Shown piece after piece: positions 21,237 to 31,589 of a stretch of DNA of 64,000 bases. A model generated the notes under the pieces. That model did no database searches. It was not told the origin of the DNA and worked only from the letters and a program-made list of their open reading frames with translations. Origin of the DNA: an uncultured delta proteobacterium (lineage in GTDB: Bacteria > Myxococcota_A > Polyangia > Haliangiales > Haliangiaceae); the NCBI GenBank assembly GCA_963848295.1, contig CAWKDB010000001.1, positions 65,109 to 129,108 on the forward strand, read 5' to 3'. Both the position numbers and the translations under genes were made by a program. Position 1 is the first letter of the stretch; every line of letters starts with the position of its first letter.

Positions 21237-21877
21237 GACGGCTGAAACCACGGGTGCTCGGCGAACACCGCGAGCAGCTCGCGCGTCTCCTTGTACTCGT
21301 TGCCCCACGGGCCTTGGAGCTGCGAGATCGCGTGGTCGGCCAGCCCGCCGATCGTCGCGATCCGATGCTTGCGCACCAGCTTCTCCGTACGAACGGACAG
21401 CTCGAGGTCTTCGATCGGTCGCGCCCGCAGGAGCGGATCGCGAACGACCCCGAGTGGCGAGGTCAGCCGTTCGTACGCGGCATTCGCCGCGGCCTTGTGC
21501 GCGGCCGATAGGCCCGACTGATCCTGCGCGACGCGCGCGGTGTGAACGTCGAAGATGATCGAGCGGAACACCGACGAACGCCCGGGCGGAAACTCGATCA
21601 CGCCGGTGTTGTGCGGATCGCCGTCGATCACCCACACGCTGCCGTCGAGCCGCGTCGGGGGCGGTAGCTCGATCTCCACGGTCGATAGCGCGAGCTCAGG
21701 CCGTGACAACGGTGCGGGCTGCGGATCGAGGCTCGCGACGAGCCGTGCGCCGTCGTCGGTGATCGTCCATGGGCTCGACAGCGTCTGTGCAGCCATGAAA
21801 GCGCGCAACGCGGCGATCTGGTCGGAATCGAGTGGCGGATCGAGCGAGAACGAGCCTTCGAAGCGCGGGTAGGTCAT
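21233..21877 (-). CDS. Hypothetical protein with C-terminal RNA polymerase alpha-CTD-like domain
   Basis: C-terminal [30 protein letters not shown] resembles RpoA LLRPVDDLELTVRSANCLK..I..IGDL. Confidence 0.55.
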   Translation of the reverse strand: MTYPRFEGSFSLDPPLDSDQIAALRAFMAAQTLSSPWTITDDGARLVASLDPQPAPLSRPELALSTVEIELPPPTRLDGSVWVIDGDPHNTGVIEFPPGRSSVFRSIIFDVHTARVAQDQSGLSAAHKAAANAAYERLTSPLGVVRDPLLRARPIEDLELSVRTEKLVRKHRIATIGGLADHAISQLQGPWGNEYKETRELLAVFAEHPWFQPS

Positions 21878-21991
21878 GACGCACGGAGCTTGAAACGGCC
21901 GATCGCTCGCCGCCACAAACAGTTCGGGACATCGTGTTAGCTATCGGTGACAGGGACTGCCGCACGCGCCGCGCCGTGTTACGAGCCGCGC

Positions 21992-22605
21992 GTGCGCACG
22001 TTCTTCGCGATCTCCCTGCTCGCCGCCTGCGGTGGCGGAGGACATTCGACCGCGGATGCCTACGAGGATGCCGGCAAGGCTGGCCCGTGCGCTTCGACGT
22101 TCGGCACCGCGCGACGCCCGGGTTCGGCCGGCTCGACGCCACGCTCGTCGCGGTCGTGCCGCCGAACGACCATGCCTGCGCCGACCTCAACTCGACCCAC
22201 CTCGTGATCCAAGGCGAGATGAACGGCGACGTGGATCGGATGGTCGTCGACGTGCTGTCCAACCAAGGCAGCCCGGACGTGTGGTTCTACGAGCTCGACG
22301 CGCCGCTCGTCGGCGAGCCGTGGGCGGAAGGCTGGCACACCGACGTGCCGCTCGACTACGCGACGACGCTCGGCCTGCACAGCACGCAGTTCACGGAGAT
22401 GACGGAGACGCCGCTGGTCACCGCGATCACGAACGAGCTCACGCTCGGCGCCAAGGTCTCGATCTTCGCGACGAACGGCAGCACCGAGCCCGACAGCGCG
22501 CACCTCATCCATCGCAACACGACGAACCAGGACGGCGCGATCGTGTTGTCGCCCGATGGCGCACCGCACTGGCTGACGATGCGATTCGACGAAGACGTGT
22601 TCTAG
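21992..22605 (+). pseudogene. Frameshifted lipoprotein gene (1 nt missing near 22111)
   Basis: VRTFFAISLLAAC..CASTFGTA in one frame continues as TPGFGRLDATLVAVV.. in another. Confidence 0.65.
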
Positions 22606-23402
22606 CGAACAAACGCCGGTAGGACCAGCTCGGGGCCGACGTGGTCGCCGGTGCCGTCGCAGCTCTGTGCGCGCAGCCGGTACTTGCCGGCCGGTGCCGG
22701 GACATTGGCGTGGCAGCCGCACTGCATGCACGTCATGCCGGTCCACGTCGGCAACGCTAGCTTGTCGCCAGGCGCGATCGTCGTGCACGCGGTGGCCGGG
22801 CCACAGCCGCCGGCGGGAATCCAGGTCATGTCGACCCATGCTCCGTCGACCTTGCGTTGCAGCACGACGTGGTCGGCGATCGCGATCGGCGCCTTACCGA
22901 GGTTGCGTACCGCGAACGCGAGCTGGCGTCGCGCGACCGCCTTCGCCGTGAGCGCGAGGCCTGGGCGGACCTCGACGACGTCGAGCGAGACTGGTGCGGC
23001 CCACCGCACCGGAGCCCCGGCTGGCGCGAAGCCGAGCCGGATCGCATGCGTGCCGATTCGCGCTTGCAGGGCGATCGAGATCGGCAGCGTCCGCGTATCG
23101 GTCTCGCCGGGCGCGAGCGTGATCGGCTGCGAGTCGTTCGCGGCGCAATCCGGGCCGACGACCGCCAGCTCGCCGTCGTCGCTCTGCCACGCGTCCGGCC
23201 ACGAGCAGGTCATGAGGACGAACGACTGACTCTGCCGGGTCGCGTTGCTCACCCGGACGGTGACGCCGACCATCTCGCCGCGATGGACTCGAACCTGCGG
23301 CGCGGAGGCGTCGACCGCGAGGACCGGGGGCGCGGCGGTCGGCGCGGCGCCGGCAAGGGTGGCGATCAAGACAACCGGGATGGCGGCGAGCGAGTTGCGC
23401 AT
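22602..23402 (-). CDS. Secreted hypothetical protein, two Ig-like Cys-containing modules
   Basis: Signal peptide; two similar modules (VRVSN..ITLAPGET and AVRN..TIAPGDK). Confidence 0.6.
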   Translation of the reverse strand: MRNSLAAIPVVLIATLAGAAPTAAPPVLAVDASAPQVRVHRGEMVGVTVRVSNATRQSQSFVLMTCSWPDAWQSDDGELAVVGPDCAANDSQPITLAPGETDTRTLPISIALQARIGTHAIRLGFAPAGAPVRWAAPVSLDVVEVRPGLALTAKAVARRQLAFAVRNLGKAPIAIADHVVLQRKVDGAWVDMTWIPAGGCGPATACTTIAPGDKLALPTWTGMTCMQCGCHANVPAPAGKYRLRAQSCDGTGDHVGPELVLPAFVR

Positions 23403-23462
23403 GGAGGTTCTACGCACGTCGCGCCCGGGCGGTCTCTCGCGGCGAGAGTGTTCTAAGCCGTC

Positions 23463-24359
23463 CTAAGCCCCCGCGCCGCGCGCTGCGTTGATCCGATCGG
23501 CGAGCAAATCGCGATCGTAGACCCCAGCCGCCATGCCGACGTGCGCGGACACCATCGGGTATCGCGTGCCGTCGGTGAGCACGAGGTCGAAGCCCGCCGG
23601 GCGCGCTCGGCCCCCGCGCGTCATCATCCCGGGCCAGAACTCGAGGGTCGCGACCTCGGGCCATGCGATCACGCGCTCGCGATCGCCCTTGCGCACGGTC
23701 AGCCCTGCGGGCCCGATCGTCACGAACAACCGGGCGCCGCGCCAGGCGGTGATGAACATCGCGAGCGAGAGCGCCGCGAACCCGCCGCCGCCGAGTGCGC
23801 CGAGCGCTGTCACGTCGCCACCGCGCGAGAGCACCGCCGCGATCACCACCGAGCCGAGCGCGATCGGCATCGACAAGATCGACACCAGCGGAAACACGCC
23901 GAGGCGGAACAGCTTACCGGGCAGCACGTAGCTGACCGACGCGTGCGCCGCGTCGAGCTGGAGCGCCACGAGCACCGCCTCGGCTGCGGCGATGTCGGCC
24001 ACGCGCAGGTCACACGCGAACCGCTCGGTGCGCAGCTCGAGCCGCACGATCGGCCGGCCGCGCCAGCCGCGCTGGGTCCGCACGGCCGAGGCGATGTCGC
24101 CGGCGCTCACGACGAGCTCGCCCTCGATCGCGACGCCGTTGCGGTCGACCATCAGCTCGCCGCGGCGCGTGTGCGCGAACGCATTGGTCGACCAGATCAT
24201 CGGCACCGCCAGCCACGACGCGCAGATCGCGAGCCCGAGGAACTGGATCCACCACGGCTCGGGTCCGCCGGCTAACGCCACCCACGCGAACGCGACGATC
24301 GCCGCGATGCCCGGCGACGCGGCGATCGCGACGGCGTAGAGATTGCGCCGGCGCAGCAC
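23463..24359 (-). CDS. Hypothetical membrane protein (paired TM + PH-like modules)
   Basis: Two TM-pair / soluble-domain repeats directly downstream of mdh; start uncertain. Confidence 0.5.
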   Translation of the reverse strand: MLRRRNLYAVAIAASPGIAAIVAFAWVALAGGPEPWWIQFLGLAICASWLAVPMIWSTNAFAHTRRGELMVDRNGVAIEGELVVSAGDIASAVRTQRGWRGRPIVRLELRTERFACDLRVADIAAAEAVLVALQLDAAHASVSYVLPGKLFRLGVFPLVSILSMPIALGSVVIAAVLSRGGDVTALGALGGGGFAALSLAMFITAWRGARLFVTIGPAGLTVRKGDRERVIAWPEVATLEFWPGMMTRGGRARPAGFDLVLTDGTRYPMVSAHVGMAAGVYDRDLLADRINAARGAGA

Positions 24360-24388
24360 GCCCTGCGCGGCGCGAAACGGCGGAGCGC

Positions 24389-25336
24389 TCAGCCCAGGAA
24401 CCCGCGCGCGATGTTCATCAGGTCGGTGTTCGCGGCGAGCGCCTTGCCGAACGCCTCTTTCTCGGCGGCCGACAGCTCGAACTCGTACACCTTCTCGGCG
24501 CCCTTCGCGGACAGCTTGACCGGAACGCCGAGGAACGCGCCCTTGACCCCGAACTCGCCGTTGAGCTCGATCGAGCAGGGCAGCACGCGGCCCTGGTTCT
24601 TGACGATCGACTCGACCATCAAGCACGTGCCGGCGCCCGGGGCGAGCCACGCCGAGGTGCCGATCAGGCCGGTCAGCGTCGCGCCACCCTTCTTCGTCTT
24701 CTCGACGACCTCGTTCAGCTTCTCGGCCGAAAGGAACTTGCCGACCGGAACGTTGCCGATCATCGCGGTCGAGGTGATCGGCACCATGTCCTTGTCGGTG
24801 TGCGCGCCGAGCACGATGCCCTGGACGTCCTCGACGCTGACGCCGGCGGCGAGCGCGAGGTTCGTGCGGAACCGCGCGCTGTCGAGCACGCCGGCCGAGC
24901 CGATGACGCGCTCGCGCGGGAAGCCGGTGACTTGCTTCGCGACGAACACCATCGCATCGAGCGGGTTAGACACGACGATCAGCACCGCGTCGGGCGCGTG
25001 CTTCCTCACGTCACCGCAGATGCCCTTGACGATGCCGGCGTTGATGTTGATCAGCTCTTCGCGCGACTGGCCGGGCTTGCGCGGCACGCCGGCGGTCATC
25101 ACGACGATGTCGGCGCCGGCCATCGCTTCGGCCTTGTCGGTCGCGATGAAGCTCGTGTTGTTGAACCCTTCCCACGGGCTGCACTGCGTCAAGTCGAGCG
25201 CGCGACCCTCGGCCGGCCCGACCTTGAGGTCGATGAGGACGAGGTCACCGAGCTCCTTTTGCGCGGCCCATTGTGCGACGGCTGCACCGACGTTGCCGCC
25301 GGCACCGATGATTGCGATCTTCGGACGCTTGATCAT
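24389..25336 (-). CDS. mdh: Malate dehydrogenase (LDH-like)
   Basis: IAIIGAGGNVG, TAGVPRKPGQSREEL, VSNPLDAM, GVLDSARF, LGAH. Confidence 0.95.
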   Translation of the reverse strand: MIKRPKIAIIGAGGNVGAAVAQWAAQKELGDLVLIDLKVGPAEGRALDLTQCSPWEGFNNTSFIATDKAEAMAGADIVVMTAGVPRKPGQSREELININAGIVKGICGDVRKHAPDAVLIVVSNPLDAMVFVAKQVTGFPRERVIGSAGVLDSARFRTNLALAAGVSVEDVQGIVLGAHTDKDMVPITSTAMIGNVPVGKFLSAEKLNEVVEKTKKGGATLTGLIGTSAWLAPGAGTCLMVESIVKNQGRVLPCSIELNGEFGVKGAFLGVPVKLSAKGAEKVYEFELSAAEKEAFGKALAANTDLMNIARGFLG

Positions 25337-25517
25337 TGTGGACGAGTCATACGCCCACGCCATGGCGGCGGCAAGGCCTGCGACGTCCCGCGACAGCCCC
25401 GCGACTCGAGCGACATCGTCGTCGGTCGCATGAGAAGAAACATCTCGCATGTTGCCAACGCTAGTAGGTGGACCAGAGTCCAAGCGGGTGCTTACCTCTG
25501 TGCACCTAGGAGGACCG

Positions 25518-27446
25518 ATGCGTCGCCTGTCCACTGTTCTCGTCTTGCTCGCTATCGCCGCGCCCGTTTACGCGGAGGTGTCACCCGCCGTCACCGATGC
25601 GGTGAAGAAGGTGAAGGCCGCCGACTATCCGAGCGCGAACGCGCTCACGATCCTCAGCGACCAGAACGTGGTGTTCCAGGCCGACGGCAAGTTCGTCATC
25701 ACCGTCCACATCGCGCGGATGGCGCTGACCAATACCGGCACGCAGGAGATCGCCGCGACGACGAATGACTACGCGAAGGACGCCGAGAAGTTGGAGGTCC
25801 TGTCGGCGCAGGTCGTCAAGAAAGACGGCACGATCATCCCGGTCGACAAGAAAGACATCCAAGACGTCGAGCAGAGCGGCGACGCGAACATCTATGACCC
25901 CGAAGGTCGAGCCGTGAAGGTGACGTTCCACGGCATCGCGGTCGGCGACGCGGTCGACTACACGTACCGGCTCACCCGCTCGTTACCGACGCGCGACAAC
26001 TACTGGAACGACACGTTTGGGTTCCAGTCGACCGAGCCGATGCTCGAGGCGAGCTACAACGTCGATGGTCCGACGTCGCTGCCGTTGACCGCCGAGGTCT
26101 ATCACGGTGATCGCGGCGGTAAGATCACGTCGTCGAAGAAGACGGTCGGCGATCGCATCCACTATACGTGGTCGGTCACGAACGCGCCGCAGCTCATGCC
26201 GGAGATGGCGATGGATGCGAGCGTCGAGCTACCGATGCTCGTCGTGACGACCGATCCGAGCTGGCAGCACTTCTCGAAGTGGTGGGCCGATCTCACCGAG
26301 AAGCAGATGGTCGCGACCGACGAGCTCAAGGCTAAGGTCAAGGAGCTGACCAAGAACGCGAAGACCGACGACGACAAGATCAAGGCGCTCTACGACTTCG
26401 TGGCCCAGGACATTCGCTACCGCGGCCTCGGCGTCGGCCCACGCACCGGCTACACGCCGCGCAAGGCGGCCGAGACGTACGCGTCGCGCTGGGGCGTGTG
26501 CCGCGACGTCTCGATCCTGCTGACGACGATGCTGCGCGCCGACGGCCTCGAGGCCTACCCGGTGCTGACGAATGTCGGTGACCCCGTGCTGCCGAAGATC
26601 GCGTACGACGGGTTCAATCACGCGATCGTCGCGATGCCGAAGAAAGGCGGCGGATGGAGCTACCTCGATCCGACCGCGAAGAACAACAACTCGCTGATCC
26701 CGGGCTACGAGGCGCAGCAAGACACGCTGGTGTCGACGCCGAAAGGCGAGCCGCTCACGCAGATCCCCGCGATCGATCCGTCGGCGAACCTCGGCCACGC
26801 GACCGCAACGACGGTGATCGCCGACGACGGCACCATGACGTCGAAGATCACGCTCCAGACCAAGGGCATGTTCGATCTGATCATCCGCTCGGTCGCGGCG
26901 ATGGCGAGCGAGGACCAGCAGAAGGAAGCGGTCGAGCAGCTGCTGCGTAACACGCTGCCCGGCTCGCAACTCGTCTCGTACAGCATCTCGAGCGCGATCG
27001 CGTTGTGGAGCCCGATGCAGATCTCGTTCGAGATCAAGATGCCACACGCCGCGACGAAGACCGGCGACTACCGGTTGCTCCGTACGGTCGTGACGTCCGG
27101 GGCGCTCGGCCTGGTCGAGAACATGGCGCCGCAGCTGCTCGGGTTGCAGTCGCGCAAGTACACGCTCGATTCGCACCTGACGTTCCAGTACGACGAGGAC
27201 GAGACCGTGAAGCTGCCGCCGTCCACCAAGGTGGTCGCGCTGCCCAACGACGCGAAGTCCGCGACGAAGGTCACGACCCTGGCCGCGACGTGCACCCAGC
27301 AGGACCCGACGACGATCACGTGTCACCGGACGTTTCAGCTCAAGAGTCGGTTTGTCGATCCCGACGAGTACAAGAACGTGCGCACCGCGCTCGCGTCGCT
27401 GTCTCAGGTCGCGCGTCAGCCGGTCATCCTTTCGGGAGTTAACTAA
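25518..27446 (+). CDS. DUF3857 + transglutaminase-like domain protein (intact triad)
   Basis: AGGAGG RBS, signal peptide, WGVCRD / FNHAI / YLDPT. Confidence 0.85.
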   Translation: MRRLSTVLVLLAIAAPVYAEVSPAVTDAVKKVKAADYPSANALTILSDQNVVFQADGKFVITVHIARMALTNTGTQEIAATTNDYAKDAEKLEVLSAQVVKKDGTIIPVDKKDIQDVEQSGDANIYDPEGRAVKVTFHGIAVGDAVDYTYRLTRSLPTRDNYWNDTFGFQSTEPMLEASYNVDGPTSLPLTAEVYHGDRGGKITSSKKTVGDRIHYTWSVTNAPQLMPEMAMDASVELPMLVVTTDPSWQHFSKWWADLTEKQMVATDELKAKVKELTKNAKTDDDKIKALYDFVAQDIRYRGLGVGPRTGYTPRKAAETYASRWGVCRDVSILLTTMLRADGLEAYPVLTNVGDPVLPKIAYDGFNHAIVAMPKKGGGWSYLDPTAKNNNSLIPGYEAQQDTLVSTPKGEPLTQIPAIDPSANLGHATATTVIADDGTMTSKITLQTKGMFDLIIRSVAAMASEDQQKEAVEQLLRNTLPGSQLVSYSISSAIALWSPMQISFEIKMPHAATKTGDYRLLRTVVTSGALGLVENMAPQLLGLQSRKYTLDSHLTFQYDEDETVKLPPSTKVVALPNDAKSATKVTTLAATCTQQDPTTITCHRTFQLKSRFVDPDEYKNVRTALASLSQVARQPVILSGVN

Positions 27447-29452
27447 TGAAGCGGTTCACCACGATCCTCGTCGCGTCGCTCGCCGCGACCTCCGCGTGCA
27501 AATCGAAAACCGACGGCGCGAAGGCGGACCACGCTGGCGCGGGAACCCAACCGGGGCCGGTGGCGAAGACCGACGCGCCCGCGGCCAAGGGCGATGACCT
27601 CGCGCAGATGGTCGCCCTCGCGAAGCGCGCAGATCTCGCGGCGTTCCCCCAGGCGGATGCGGTGCTCGGGCTCGACCGCGATGACATCACGCTCGCCGCC
27701 GACGGCACGGTCACGCATCACCACAAGTCGATCGTCAAGCTGCTCGATGCGCAACGCGGCAAAGAAAAGTTCGCCGACGTCCACGTACCGTTCGATACCA
27801 AGCGGCAGACGCTGACGATCGATGTCGCGCGCACGGTCAACGCCGATGGGCAGGCCCACGTCGCGGCTCCCGAAGAGATCGGCGACATCGTACCGCCGCG
27901 ACTCGCGGACGCCACGATGTACTCCGATGTCCGCGAGCGCGTCGTGTCGTTCCCCGCAGTCGACAAGGGCTCGGTCGTCGAGCTCGAATACACGCGCACC
28001 ACGAAGCCGAGCCCGGATTCGCCGCTAGGTGGCGAGGAGATGCTCGCGCAGTGGGACCCGTCGGATCAGCGCATCGTCACGATCACCGCGCCGGCGGGGA
28101 TGACGCCGAAGTTCTCGGTCGTCGGCGACGACGTCAAGCCGGTCGAGTCGCAAGCGGCCGGTGGCAATCACACCTGGACGTTCACGATCGACAAGGAGCC
28201 CGACCGTCACCCCGAAACCGGCTCGCTCGTCAAGGAAGCGGTGCTGCCGCGCCTCGTCTATAGCTTCGCGCCGAGCTGGGCGAAGGTGCTCGAGCCGATC
28301 GCGGGTCGGTTCCTCGAGGTCGCCGTGCCGGCCGCGATCCCCGCGAGCGTGAAGGCGGAGGCCGACCGGCTCGTCGCCGGTGCGAAGACCGACAACGACA
28401 AGGCGCAGGCGCTGTTCAAGTTCGTCGCGCACGACATCCGATCGATCGACCTACCGCTCGGTTGGGCGGGCTACGAGCCACACGCGCCCGACGTCGTGCT
28501 CGCGAATCGCTACGCCGACGCGCGCGACAAGGTGTGCTTGTTGCTCGCGCTCGCCGCGGCCGAAGGCCTGCACGGTAAGCCCGTGCTCGTGCGCACCGGC
28601 AAGGTTCAGGTCATCGAATCGGTGCCGACCGCCGCGCAGTTCGATCGGATGATCGCGACGCTCGACGTCGACGGCAAAGACCAATGGGTCGATCCCGATG
28701 ATCCGAACGGACAGTTCGGTCTCGCGTTCGCGGGGCAAGACAACCTCGTGTTGCCGATCGAGAAGGGCGGGGTCGAGCTCGGCCAGCGTCCCGCCCTCGA
28801 TCCGTCGTCATCGATCTCGCACGTCACCGCGGCGTTCGCTCTGAACGCGAATGGCGACCTCGACGCGAAGTACAACTACGCGCTCTCGGGCTGGTACGCG
28901 GATCGCGCCAGCGACGAGCTTCGCGCGCTCAAGGGCGAGCCACTCGATCAGTTCTTCCAGCAATCGGCCGGGCACCTGTCGGGCAGCGCGGTCGACAAGG
29001 GACATCAGGTCGGCGACACGATGTCGGTGACCGGGCCGATCCAGCTGATGCAGCATGTCTCGGCGCCGGGCTATACGGCGACCCAGGCGAACTTTCGCGT
29101 GGTCGAGCTGCCGCCGGTCACCCTCGGCGTCGCCGACGAGCTGCCGTCGGCCGGACTCAACACGCGCAAGTACCCGCTGTGGATCGGCACGCCGCGCACC
29201 GAGACGGGCGACATGACGCTGTCGGTGCCGGCCGGTTGGAAGATCGCGTACGTGCCGCCAAAGCTCGAGGGCTCGGCCGACGGAATCACCTACACGTCCA
29301 CCTGCGCGGTCAACGGCCAGAACGTGACCTGTCACGATCAGGTCGTGCTCGACAAGCTCGAGCTCGCCGTCGACAAGTACGCCCCGTTCCGCGAGGCGTT
29401 GACGAAGCTGCAGTCGTACGATCGGCGCGTCGTCTTGCTGACCAAAGCGTGA
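27446..29452 (+). CDS. DUF3857 + degenerate transglutaminase-like lipoprotein
   Basis: TAATG coupling, lipobox TSAC, YADARDK / FDRMI / WVDP. Confidence 0.8.
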   Translation: MKRFTTILVASLAATSACKSKTDGAKADHAGAGTQPGPVAKTDAPAAKGDDLAQMVALAKRADLAAFPQADAVLGLDRDDITLAADGTVTHHHKSIVKLLDAQRGKEKFADVHVPFDTKRQTLTIDVARTVNADGQAHVAAPEEIGDIVPPRLADATMYSDVRERVVSFPAVDKGSVVELEYTRTTKPSPDSPLGGEEMLAQWDPSDQRIVTITAPAGMTPKFSVVGDDVKPVESQAAGGNHTWTFTIDKEPDRHPETGSLVKEAVLPRLVYSFAPSWAKVLEPIAGRFLEVAVPAAIPASVKAEADRLVAGAKTDNDKAQALFKFVAHDIRSIDLPLGWAGYEPHAPDVVLANRYADARDKVCLLLALAAAEGLHGKPVLVRTGKVQVIESVPTAAQFDRMIATLDVDGKDQWVDPDDPNGQFGLAFAGQDNLVLPIEKGGVELGQRPALDPSSSISHVTAAFALNANGDLDAKYNYALSGWYADRASDELRALKGEPLDQFFQQSAGHLSGSAVDKGHQVGDTMSVTGPIQLMQHVSAPGYTATQANFRVVELPPVTLGVADELPSAGLNTRKYPLWIGTPRTETGDMTLSVPAGWKIAYVPPKLEGSADGITYTSTCAVNGQNVTCHDQVVLDKLELAVDKYAPFREALTKLQSYDRRVVLLTKA

Positions 29453-29535
29453 GCTGTCGGCGCACCGTGGTGATGCTGCGACAGTGGCATCACGCGGTGC
29501 TGCGTAGTTAACGTGCCGGTCGCGAGGCACGCGCC

Positions 29536-30438
29536 GTGCACTTCGCGATCGCGGTGCGCCCGGTCTCGATCTCGATCGCGTGTGTGCTCGGATGCGCGCA
29601 TCAGCCGGCGACGATCGGCAGCGCGTGCGCGTCGCCTCGATGGCAAGAGCTGGCAGCGAGCACCGATACCGCGTTCGTCCCGGCCTCGCAGGCGCTCGTC
29701 GGCGCGGTCACGCTCGCGGGGCCGTCGCGATCGGCACCCGGGTTGCGGAGGATGACCTGGCTCGCGGGCACGCCGTTCGAGCCCGCGCGGTTTTCGCGGA
29801 TGGCGATGGCCGTGCAACGCTCGTCGATCCGCGAGGGCTATCGCGATGCGCGGGTCGTCGCGCGCGCGGCCGGCCGCGAGCGAGCCGGGGCCGTCGACAT
29901 CTGTGTCGCGGCCGCACTGGGTCCGCGCGTCCTGATCCGCGCGTTCCGGTTTCCCGGCCGTGCCGGCGTCGCCGAGCCCGAGCTGATCGCGGCGATCGCG
30001 AGCAAGGATGGCATCGATTCGATCGGCGGACCGTACGACGCCGACAAGCTCGACGCATCGCTCCACTCGATCGAAGAGGTGTATCTCGACCACGGCTATC
30101 CGGCGATTCGCGTCGACCCGTCGCGCGTCCGCCGGGTCGGCGATGCGCTCGAGGTCGAGGTGCCGGTGCACGAAGGCAAACGGTTCAGGCTCGGGGCGCT
30201 GACCGAGACCAGTGCGTTCGGTCCGCTGCATGCGCCGCTCCGAGTCGCGACCGGCGACTGGTTCTCGCGCAAGGCTCTCCTCGCGGAGCGGCACCGGCTC
30301 GCCGAGCTGACCGGCGCAGAGGTCGATCCGAACGTCGCGCTGGACTTCGATCGGGCCACGGTGTCGGTCGACTTCACGATCGAATGGGGGTCGCCGTGGG
30401 ACGCGTTGCACGCGTTGCCGCTGCTGTCATCGCGCTGA
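29536..30438 (+). CDS. POTRA-domain protein without beta-barrel
   Basis: GPRVLIRAFRFPG..SIEEVYLDHGY..VEVPVHEGKRFRLG resembles BamA-type POTRA; start uncertain. Confidence 0.6.
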   Translation: MHFAIAVRPVSISIACVLGCAHQPATIGSACASPRWQELAASTDTAFVPASQALVGAVTLAGPSRSAPGLRRMTWLAGTPFEPARFSRMAMAVQRSSIREGYRDARVVARAAGRERAGAVDICVAAALGPRVLIRAFRFPGRAGVAEPELIAAIASKDGIDSIGGPYDADKLDASLHSIEEVYLDHGYPAIRVDPSRVRRVGDALEVEVPVHEGKRFRLGALTETSAFGPLHAPLRVATGDWFSRKALLAERHRLAELTGAEVDPNVALDFDRATVSVDFTIEWGSPWDALHALPLLSSR

Positions 30439-31589
30439 CCGCCTGCGGCGCCGTGGCTCGGCACCGACCGCCAGGGATCGTGCTCGGCGGGCAGGTGCCG
30501 GCGCAGTGTCAGCTCACCGGCGCGCTGTCGGTCGACGACGTCGACTTCGAGCGCTGCATGGGCTGGGCGCTCGATCGCGTGCTGATGGCGACGGCGTATC
30601 GCTCGTACGACGACGCGGCGCTCACCGCCTATGTCTCCTCGGTTGGCGCGCGGCTCGTTGCGGCGAGCGGCAAACCGATCGCGGTCACGTTCCGCGTGAT
30701 CGACGATCCCGATCCGGAGGCGTTCGCGAACCTCGGCGGGACGATCTACGTCGCGCGCGGCGCACTCGCCCGATTGCGCGACGAAGCGGAGCTCGCGGGC
30801 TTGCTCGGTCACGAGCTCGGCCACGAGCTCGCCGGTCACATGCGCGAGACGCTGTTCGAGGCGTTTCGCGAGGTCGAGCGCAGCCGCGAAGAGCAGGAGG
30901 TCGACTTGCGATCGGCACGCGATGACGAGATCCAAGCCGATTATCTCGCGGTGCTGCTCGCGGCACGCGCGGGTTACGATCCGCGCGCGGTCGATACGAT
31001 GCTGCGGGCGATCGCGGCGGGCGATCCACAGATCTCGGTCGACGACCCGGACGATACTCACCCGCGATGGGCCGAGCGGCTCGCGCGCGTCGATGCCTTC
31101 GCGGCGCACTTCCCGATCGGCGGCGAGCGGCGCGAACGTGAATATCGCGCTCACGTGAGCGGGCTCGTGGTCGGTGACGACCCGCGCGTCGCCGCCGTCG
31201 TCGGCAAGGTCGCTCTATTCGCGCGCAGTGGGCTCGCGATCGATCTGCCGCGCGGGGCGAAGGCGGACGCGGCGGCGGGCACGGTCACGATCGGCTGGCC
31301 CGATGGCGCGGCCGAGCTTCGCATCGTCTCGCGCGCCGTGGCCGAAGCGATTCCGGCCAGCGAGCCCGCCCCCGAGACGTGGAACGAGACCGTGATCCGC
31401 GGTGACGTCGCGGTCATCGTCGCGACGACCGGCGACAGCGCCGAGCGCCGAGCGAAGCAACTCGCCGCCGGGGTACGCGCTTCGCACGGCGAAGCAAAGC
31501 TCCTGCATGTGGACCGCCTCGATCTCGCCGCACCGCGCGCGCTGTGGCCGGCCGCTCCGATCGGCGCGAAGCCGTCGGCGAAGATCTAG
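30384..31589 (+). CDS. M48-family zinc metalloprotease lipoprotein
   Basis: AFANLGGTIYVARG, EAELAGLLGHELGH, DEIQAD, AGYDP, THP. Confidence 0.8.
   Translation: MGVAVGRVARVAAAVIALTACGAVARHRPPGIVLGGQVPAQCQLTGALSVDDVDFERCMGWALDRVLMATAYRSYDDAALTAYVSSVGARLVAASGKPIAVTFRVIDDPDPEAFANLGGTIYVARGALARLRDEAELAGLLGHELGHELAGHMRETLFEAFREVERSREEQEVDLRSARDDEIQADYLAVLLAARAGYDPRAVDTMLRAIAAGDPQISVDDPDDTHPRWAERLARVDAFAAHFPIGGERREREYRAHVSGLVVGDDPRVAAVVGKVALFARSGLAIDLPRGAKADAAAGTVTIGWPDGAAELRIVSRAVAEAIPASEPAPETWNETVIRGDVAVIVATTGDSAERRAKQLAAGVRASHGEAKLLHVDRLDLAAPRALWPAAPIGAKPSAKI

Noticed and set aside
24411..25433. 340-aa ORF antisense to mdh, and many similar long shadow ORFs (e.g. 45969-47012, 12300-13955)
   Set aside because: Expected antisense or alternate-frame ORFs in high-GC coding DNA; no recognisable motifs.
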